DNA of 43,822 bases from positions 1-43,822 of IMG/VR virus record IMGVR_UViG_3300014613_000039. One strand, given 5' to 3'. Under the pieces are notes generated by a model. It was not told the origin of the DNA. It was given only the letters and a program-made list of their open reading frames with translations, and searched no databases. Within the stretch, counting starts at the first letter, position 1; each line of letters opens with the position of its first letter. The translations under genes were made by a program, and so were the position numbers. This document shows, in pieces, positions 37,159 to 43,822 of this stretch. Source of the stretch: a virus. Lineage: Duplodnaviria > Caudoviricetes.

Positions 37159-37548
37159 GTGGCCGAACACATGAGTTTGAATATGAGAGAGATTCCCAAG
37201 TACGTAACTATTCGGGTTGAGGTAGAATCGAATATGTATGGCGTCAAGCTATCTGGTGATTTCAAGTTTCACCGTAGGACGTTGCAAGATCTGGAAGATG
37301 TCTCAAGAGAGCTTTCTTCTGTAAACTCTGGCTTACCATTCGCCTCTGGAGCACATGGATCTTTGATCAACGCGATCTATGAATTGAAGAAGGTTGTAGA
37401 TGATTCCCCGGAATGGTGGGAGCCTGTTCTAGATAGTTTGGATGATAGGGTAATCATGCATGTATACGGAAGGTACTTGGATTGGTTGAAGTCCCCCTTT
37501 CGTGACGAAAACAAAGCGGAAGAATCTAGACCATCTAAGGAAGAATGA
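37159..37548 (+). CDS. tail assembly chaperone (start may be ATG 37171)
   Basis: Between tube and tape measure; G.F.F.R.T..D, V....PEWW, Y..YL.W..PFR. Confidence 0.7.
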   Translation: MAEHMSLNMREIPKYVTIRVEVESNMYGVKLSGDFKFHRRTLQDLEDVSRELSSVNSGLPFASGAHGSLINAIYELKKVVDDSPEWWEPVLDSLDDRVIMHVYGRYLDWLKSPFRDENKAEESRPSKEE

Positions 37549-38005
37549 TTTAGACTTCGTTAAGGTAAAACTCTCCAAAACAGATGATACGGCAGAAGTA
37601 TCTCTAAAGCTGTTTCAGGTAGCTTCTCGTAATACAAAAAGGGATTTTCTTCGTCGGTGGTGGTGTGAGAAGTATAACCGTCCACCGACAGATCCCTTAT
37701 ATCTTGCTTACACCAAAGAAGAGCTGATGGTTGAATTCTTGGAGTACATTATCGACAATGACATGATTGAAATGGGAGCTGATGACAAACCAGCTATCGT
37801 CAAGGTAGTTGATGGAATCGAAGTTTTAGAGACTGGTATTGATGAGTTTGACGAAGAAGAGGAAATGTTCAGGAACCAAAGACCATTACATGAACTAATG
37901 AGAGAAGCTAGAGCTAAAGAGGCTCAAGCTCAACAATTGGCTGAGAAAAATCTGTTAGGCGATCTTGCAAACTTGGCTTTAAAGGAGAAGAGCAAAGATG
38001 CCTGA
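37502..38005 (+). CDS. tail assembly chaperone, frameshifted extension
   Basis: WW.EKY.RPPTDP.Y...T.EEL..EF motif; overlaps the upstream gene in the +1 frame; no Shine-Dalgarno before GTG 37502. Confidence 0.65.
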   Translation: MTKTKRKNLDHLRKNDLDFVKVKLSKTDDTAEVSLKLFQVASRNTKRDFLRRWWCEKYNRPPTDPLYLAYTKEELMVEFLEYIIDNDMIEMGADDKPAIVKVVDGIEVLETGIDEFDEEEEMFRNQRPLHELMREARAKEAQAQQLAEKNLLGDLANLALKEKSKDA

Positions 38006-40337
38006 TGAGTCTATCGGCATCAGTGTCGCTTTCGACATGGATGCTCAAGACGTTGATCGTGTCGTTAGCGATATGTCTTCTCGTGTTGAAAAGCAATTCG
38101 CTGAAGCATTTTCGGAGGTAGAGCAGATTGTAAAAGGTCTGCAAGAAGCTGTTCGACCGTTGCATGATATGGTGAATGAAACACGTCACCTAGCGAATGA
38201 GTTTCAGAAGATCAAAGATCACACTGAAGCTATGAGGCAAAACGTATCTTCTACCAGGCTTCAGACTGGTGGAGCTGGTGGAGGGTATGGAAGTCCCGGT
38301 GTTGGATCATTTGGTTCAGCGTTCGGTGGTGTTGGTTCGTTTGCGATGCAAGCTGCTTTACCTATTGCTGGGATTATGGCTGGTGGTGGTTTGATGAGTT
38401 ATGCTGCTGGGAGAGTATCAAATGAACTAGGTTGGGGTGATTCTATCGTTGGACACTTGGCTAGAAATCCTTATATGGGTCCAACATTAAGATCTCTTGG
38501 TTTAGGTGATATTAACAGAGAAACATACGATAGAGTACGGAGGGTTGGTGATATACCCGATGTTACTCGCGGTGTTGGTGGTGCTCCTATTGAAGAAAAT
38601 AATATGCGTTTAGGTTTAATGGGTATTGGAGCTATTCGAGGAATAGGCCAAGGTCCATTAGGTATGTTTGCTAATATTTCTGGTACTGCTAGAGGTTGGG
38701 AAGCTGGTACAGATGTGGCTAATCAGTTGATGCCTGGTAATGCCGCTGCTAGAATGGGTGGAGGTTTCCTTGGAGCACAGTTGATGCCTGGTTTGATTCA
38801 AAATTATGCGCAAGAGGCTATGGGAAGGTATACTGGTTATCTTCAAACTTCAGCTTCAATGTCTACGGTAGGGATGCATGGTGGTAATCTTCGTCAAATA
38901 ATGGGTCTTAGACCAGCACAGTTTGGTTATGGGCCAGGAGATATCGGACCTGAATTTTCAGCCTTATATAAGGGTTTTGGTGGAACAGAGCTTACCTCTG
39001 ATACTCTTCGTACAGCTATGGCTTATTCGAGACGCTACGGAACTAGTATGGGTGAGATTGGTCAAGCTGTTGGTGGTCTTTCGACTATTGGTGGTGGTGG
39101 TCAATTTGCTACTGCTGGACAGAACGAGGCTATGCTAGCTCGTGTAATGACCGATGCTGTATCTGCTGGTTTTGGTCGAAGGCTCCCAGAGTATGCTCAA
39201 GCTGTTGGAGCTGGAGTGCAATCTGCGATGCAAGGACCAGCTTTGATTACCCAAAGTAATATGGGTGGTTTGATTAGTGGAGCTAGTAGACTTACGGGTT
39301 TGGTAGCTTCAGCAAATGACATGGGTTTAGAAGGTGCTGGTCGTTTGATGCGTCCATTGATGTCAGCTCCCCAGAACATTCTCCAAGGTATGTTTACCGG
39401 AAGAGGTGATCCTTACCAAATGGCTATGTATTGGGGGCACAATAGAGGTAGGTTCAATAATGATCCAATGGCAATGATGGAAGGTCTAGAAGCTGCTGCT
39501 GGAAATCCGTTTGGTGCGGAAGCTCTAGAGTTTCAACGTGGTCCTTTACAACAGATTCTCAGCTCTTCTCCGAATAGGGCTGTAGCTGTTCAATCTTTGC
39601 AAGCTTTAATGCCTGATATCTCTTTTACAGGAGCAAGGCAGGTTATCGAACGTGGTATGGATGAGCACGGAGGAAACTTAGCTGGTGTAGATATGCAAGC
39701 ATTGTTTACTGGTGTTGAGACAACAGAGGTAAATGAAGCTGAAGAAACTCGTGATGCAATGAGGGATATTCAACAAAGTGGCGAAACTATCATGCGTGAT
39801 CAATTAGGAGCTATGAGAGCTAACGCTGCTTGGGCTCAAGCACAACATGGATTATCTGCTGCTATGGCTGCTGACGCACGTATATTCCATGAACAACAAA
39901 TACGTTGGTCGAGAGTCGGTATTTCTTTAATGAGAGACGCTGGAGTATCAGCAGATATTACAGCATTGGGTCAACTGTTTAATGATGATTTTATGAATGA
40001 CTTGAATAGATCTTCTGGGAATAGAGGTAGCTTGATTATGGGTAGGATTGTTGATCAGCTTAGACGATCTGGTGTTGATATAGAATCTTTAAATACAGAT
40101 GGATCTAGAAGTGGTAACGGTCGAGGTGTGCGAACTGGTGTAAGAGGTAATGTTGTTCATCCTACTGTAGCAGGTAGAATAGTAAATACGGGTACAGATT
40201 TGATATCTCCTAATGCTGCACCTAATAACAATTTTAACGTATTTGGGGATTCTTCAGAAGATGCAAATACACCTGTTAGGGAAGGTGTTCGTCGTAATAG
40301 AAGAGGTGTAAGATTTGTTAGTAATAGTAGTAACTAA
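37998..40337 (+). CDS. tape measure protein
   Basis: 779 aa; G/A/M-rich and helical with an N-terminal coiled coil; follows the chaperones. Confidence 0.78.
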   Translation: MPDESIGISVAFDMDAQDVDRVVSDMSSRVEKQFAEAFSEVEQIVKGLQEAVRPLHDMVNETRHLANEFQKIKDHTEAMRQNVSSTRLQTGGAGGGYGSPGVGSFGSAFGGVGSFAMQAALPIAGIMAGGGLMSYAAGRVSNELGWGDSIVGHLARNPYMGPTLRSLGLGDINRETYDRVRRVGDIPDVTRGVGGAPIEENNMRLGLMGIGAIRGIGQGPLGMFANISGTARGWEAGTDVANQLMPGNAAARMGGGFLGAQLMPGLIQNYAQEAMGRYTGYLQTSASMSTVGMHGGNLRQIMGLRPAQFGYGPGDIGPEFSALYKGFGGTELTSDTLRTAMAYSRRYGTSMGEIGQAVGGLSTIGGGGQFATAGQNEAMLARVMTDAVSAGFGRRLPEYAQAVGAGVQSAMQGPALITQSNMGGLISGASRLTGLVASANDMGLEGAGRLMRPLMSAPQNILQGMFTGRGDPYQMAMYWGHNRGRFNNDPMAMMEGLEAAAGNPFGAEALEFQRGPLQQILSSSPNRAVAVQSLQALMPDISFTGARQVIERGMDEHGGNLAGVDMQALFTGVETTEVNEAEETRDAMRDIQQSGETIMRDQLGAMRANAAWAQAQHGLSAAMAADARIFHEQQIRWSRVGISLMRDAGVSADITALGQLFNDDFMNDLNRSSGNRGSLIMGRIVDQLRRSGVDIESLNTDGSRSGNGRGVRTGVRGNVVHPTVAGRIVNTGTDLISPNAAPNNNFNVFGDSSEDANTPVREGVRRNRRGVRFVSNSSN

Positions 40338-41977
40338 TGTCATTTCTCGGAAGACATAAGGTATACGCTCTATTTTGGCCATGGAACTATGAACCATTTG
40401 TTTGTGAAGCTGACATGGTTGGTTTCTCCGGTAGTAAGTCCGTAGCTCAAGGGCAATCTGTACGCTTTACGTTGTATCCTCGTTTGGTGAATGTTCGTGA
40501 ACGTGGATCGAGTAGTACAGAACACTTAGAGTACAGGGATATTTTGAACCCAAACGATTGGTTTTTTCTATTCGTCGATCCGATGGATGGAGAAAGACCT
40601 GAACCTCTGTACTTGGGTATGATAGACAGCGTTTTCAAAGATATAAGCATCGATGGACAAGGAATGAGAAAACAAGCAACTATTGTTTCATGTTCTGGTT
40701 GGGAGAAAGCTATTCGGAATGTGTCAGCTATCACTAGTCCATTTGTTCACGGCAATATCAACATAGTTACATTGCTAGCTATGGGTCCATTAGGTTGGAC
40801 TAATAGAAGAGACGCTATTGACGCGGAAGCGGAATCTTCTGGTTCTTCAGACATTGGACCTTTCGCAGCAACATTACCTCGTCTAATCGAAACTATTGTT
40901 GCGTTGTTTCTTCATACTTCAGATAGTACAGGTTTACCTCCTTCGTATGCTGACTTCATCTCAAATGCTAGATCGACTAGTGATGACAGATCCTTATTTC
41001 ACGGAAGCGATAGCAGTATAGATCCTTTGTTCAATGGACAGTTTGAGTTACCTGGAACCAGTAAACCATTGTGGGATTTTATTCGTATGCGTTTCGAGAA
41101 TATCAGAGAAAGAACCTATGTTGATCCTAGAATGTTCTTGAATGGTACAACGCAGCAACTATCCAGTCTTATCGATCAAATGTGCAATCCTTTAATTAAT
41201 GAAGTATTTTACGATGTTCGTTGCACAGATGATGATGGTTTGTCTTCTATGGATAATAGTCTGGTTAGTGATATCACTGGTGGATATTCTCAAGAGAGTA
41301 TGGAAAACTTCGTTTCATTTGCTAGAGAATCAAACGAGACATTCGGTGCTTTGGTAGAGAATATAGCTCCGTATATGGTATTCAGAAAAAGACCTTTGTT
41401 TTTTGAAGAGCTTAATGAATTGGATGGACTATCGATAGATGAAAGAGATCTTGTGGCTAGCAACCTCGGTAAGTCTGATTCTGATGTGAACAATCTAGTT
41501 TCAATAGAGATACCATCTGTTTCAAATCAGTTGATTAGGGCTCAATCTGGATTCCTTGGGTTTTCTTTTTATCGAGAGAGATCTATGGAATCCATCAGAA
41601 GGCATGGTTTACGGTTTTACTCTGATCAAGCAACAGCTTGGCCGATGGAAGTGCGAGGTGTTCGTATCGAAGCACCACAACCTAATCCAGAGTTACTAGA
41701 AGCATACGAGAAAAGAATCACAAAAGCTGGTCTGGATAATCCGTATGTCTGGTCTGGTTCTGTAACGATTCCTAAGTTTGTTCGTGGCTTGCGTATCGGT
41801 GGGAAGTTGATGATTACGCATAACAGTGTTGGTGATCGAGAAATTACGGATCGTATCTACTACATTGACAGCATAGACTATACGTATGAAGCGACAACAG
41901 GAGCTTTCTCCACAAGCTTGGCGCTTTCCCGTGGTTACCTGGAAGACGGTTATAGAAGAGCTATGGGAGAGATATAA
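40337..41977 (+). CDS. baseplate hub-like protein
   Basis: F.L.P, D.L.PNDW, GMID.V, P..NEVFYD, FRKRP, LGKSD.DV.N, HGLR, SG.VT.....RIG..L, YYIDSI.Y....T.L.LSRG. Confidence 0.68.
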   Translation: MSFLGRHKVYALFWPWNYEPFVCEADMVGFSGSKSVAQGQSVRFTLYPRLVNVRERGSSSTEHLEYRDILNPNDWFFLFVDPMDGERPEPLYLGMIDSVFKDISIDGQGMRKQATIVSCSGWEKAIRNVSAITSPFVHGNINIVTLLAMGPLGWTNRRDAIDAEAESSGSSDIGPFAATLPRLIETIVALFLHTSDSTGLPPSYADFISNARSTSDDRSLFHGSDSSIDPLFNGQFELPGTSKPLWDFIRMRFENIRERTYVDPRMFLNGTTQQLSSLIDQMCNPLINEVFYDVRCTDDDGLSSMDNSLVSDITGGYSQESMENFVSFARESNETFGALVENIAPYMVFRKRPLFFEELNELDGLSIDERDLVASNLGKSDSDVNNLVSIEIPSVSNQLIRAQSGFLGFSFYRERSMESIRRHGLRFYSDQATAWPMEVRGVRIEAPQPNPELLEAYEKRITKAGLDNPYVWSGSVTIPKFVRGLRIGGKLMITHNSVGDREITDRIYYIDSIDYTYEATTGAFSTSLALSRGYLEDGYRRAMGEI

Positions 41978-42795
41978 TGTCCGATGGCTGTTGGGGTCCA
42001 GATGGAGAGAGGTTAGCTCCTTATCTTAGGCGAAGTGTAGATATTCGAGCTATCGATAGACCAGGGACCGGGGATGGTATGAAGATTGGTTTGGTGATAG
42101 CCACGCATCATAAAGATGTTGAAACTAACCGATCTGGTTCCTATACAGAGTATGACGTGTTGTTGATGGATCATTTAGCTGCTCTGTTACTCTACAGGGT
42201 ACCCACAATGGGCTTTCATTTGAACAGCGATACCGGGGACTATGCTATCTTGCGAGCTGCTACAAGTATTCCTGAGATGGAAGACGATACAAATTTCTAT
42301 CAAAACTTCATGTCTTCAGATGGTGACTTGGTAATCATAGGCTTCATCGACAATCGATTCCCGATGATTCTAGGTACAGCGAATCATCTTCGCTCAGATG
42401 GGGATTCAACTACCTGGCACACCGACTCTACAGAAGGTGAAGTAAGGGTTACGCATCACAAAGACTCGTTTGTGAAAATGAACGAAGACGGTTCGATGCA
42501 GATTGAAGTCAAAGATGAAATGGAATTGCAGATTACAATTAATGGTGTTCAGATCTTCAGGGTATGGGATGACGCTGGAACGCTGAAAATTGATTTGGGT
42601 GATGCGACAGTAGATCAAAAACTTGTAATGGGAGATGCCTTTAAGACTTGGTTCGATCTTCAAGTAGCTGGACACAAACATGCCGCAGGTACTTTGGTTG
42701 ATAGTTTATTAGCACCTTGTACGGGGTCTACAGCTACGGCTGTCCCTAACTTAGATGTTTCTGTATTGACAGAGAAAGTGAAGACCCAAGCGTAG
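41977..42795 (+). CDS. baseplate central spike protein
   Basis: OB-like N-terminus ending GD.V.IGFI...P.ILG, beta-strand repeats, C-terminal HxH (GHKH) metal-binding tip motif. Confidence 0.72.
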   Translation: MSDGCWGPDGERLAPYLRRSVDIRAIDRPGTGDGMKIGLVIATHHKDVETNRSGSYTEYDVLLMDHLAALLLYRVPTMGFHLNSDTGDYAILRAATSIPEMEDDTNFYQNFMSSDGDLVIIGFIDNRFPMILGTANHLRSDGDSTTWHTDSTEGEVRVTHHKDSFVKMNEDGSMQIEVKDEMELQITINGVQIFRVWDDAGTLKIDLGDATVDQKLVMGDAFKTWFDLQVAGHKHAAGTLVDSLLAPCTGSTATAVPNLDVSVLTEKVKTQA

Positions 42796-42813
42796 AAAGG
42801 AGGGTTCACATAG

Positions 42814-43822
42814 TTGCTAAACATTACTAGGCGTGAACCTGTCCCCGGTGGAATGTATCTTACCGGAGAATACACTTTGCTTATCCTGAGAATCACAGAT
42901 GATGAAATAGACTTTGAAAACCCGTACTATGAATATGTGTTTTACCCAAATCCTACAGACATTGATCGTCAAATCAACATTCCGAATAACATTCAACCAG
43001 ATCAAATGGATGGATTCTACATCGATGTAAACAAGCCAGGTGTTTTTTACATTACGATTCGTGGTAATACTGGACAGAAAAAGAAGAGTAGAACAGATCG
43101 TATTGCTGGAGCTTTTGGTGTTAGTGGTGTTGCAGAGATAGCCAGTCTCGTTGGGTTGAATGAGCAGGAAGACGGGTATACAGAGTACATTCGTTTATCC
43201 AATTTCTTCTATGATTGGTTTTCTGCGATTGGAGATGATCCTAGCGGATACGCAATGATCTTTGTGAATGCGAAGGATGGAGAATTCTATCGTGTTCTTC
43301 CAATGTCTTTGCAATTCCCTAGAACAGCAGCTAGACCCCTTCATTACGGGTATTCTATCACGTTACAGGCTATCGATGAGCAAAGACCAAACGATACAGA
43401 GGCTAGGTCTACACTCGATAGAATCAATGCTGTAAGGAATAATATCAATCGTTGGAAAAGAGCTATCATGGATTCCATCATTGGAGTCAGTTATCTTGCT
43501 CAACATATTACGAATGTCGGTATAGGCGTTGCGAACGCTGAAGCTAGCAGAGTCGGTACAGTGCTGAATGCGATGGCTGATGGTCTGCAAGGTATGGCGT
43601 ATATGTCTACAGCTCTTGACGCTTCTACAGGAAGCACAAGAGACACCTATTCTCGTATACGAGAGAAGGTTGATGATGCGTTGCATAGTGCGGGTCTTAG
43701 AGATAATGACGGTGTTCCACCAGCTATGTTTCAGAACATCGCACCTCCCACAAGAGCTGTTGTAGGAAGTGTGTTCGATAGAATGGATGAAGTTGTCGAT
43801 GAGCTGTTACTCAAAGTATCCA
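42814..43822 (+). CDS. baseplate / tail-tube initiator-like protein, truncated by the window end (not in ORF track)
   Basis: GGAGG then TTG; hand translation MLNITRREPVPGG..YVFYPNP..ITIRGNTG..DGY.EY..L..RTAARPLHYGYSITL; no stop seen before the window end. Confidence 0.7.
   Translation, partial: MLNITRREPVPGGMYLTGEYTLLILRITDDEIDFENPYYEYVFYPNPTDIDRQINIPNNIQPDQMDGFYIDVNKPGVFYITIRGNTGQKKKSRTDRIAGAFGVSGVAEIASLVGLNEQEDGYTEYIRLSNFFYDWFSAIGDDPSGYAMIFVNAKDGEFYRVLPMSLQFPRTAARPLHYGYSITLQAIDEQRPNDTEARSTLDRINAVRNNINRWKRAIMDSIIGVSYLAQHITNVGIGVANAEASRVGTVLNAMADGLQGMAYMSTALDASTGSTRDTYSRIREKVDDALHSAGLRDNDGVPPAMFQNIAPPTRAVVGSVFDRMDEVVDELLLKVS

Noticed and set aside
1-43822. tRNA genes, CRISPR arrays, IS elements, integrase
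   Set aside because: None seen; intergenic space is minimal and no matching motifs were found by eye.

Overview
The window is part of a large tailed-phage genome (contractile-tailed myovirus), with every credible gene on the + strand. It has four blocks. (1) 1-1970: small accessory genes, including a DUF932-type protein. (2) A portal gene split by a group I intron (2899-3969) that carries an HNH-AP2 homing endonuclease. (3) About 21 kb inserted between portal and prohead protease: giant modular 'polyvalent' proteins (2668 aa repeat-rich; 744 aa with LPD1/HExxH; 2059 aa SNF2 helicase fused to a TGT/DpdA-like transglycosylase domain), a winged-helix protein, a QueC-like gene, a divergent sigma70-like gene and further Lys-rich proteins. 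(4) An SPO1/Twort-like (Herelleviridae-style) morphogenesis module: protease, scaffold, major capsid, neck, sheath, tube, chaperones with a probable +1 frameshift, tape measure, hub, spike and tube initiator. The best candidate for a new system is a family of probable head-packaged, protease-matured cargo proteins. They share an hxK|[AGS] cleavage motif and a common N-terminal hairpin tag, and one couples a SNF2 translocase to a deazaguanine-transglycosylase-like domain next to a QueC-like gene. All family assignments come from motifs recognised by eye; no database searches were run.
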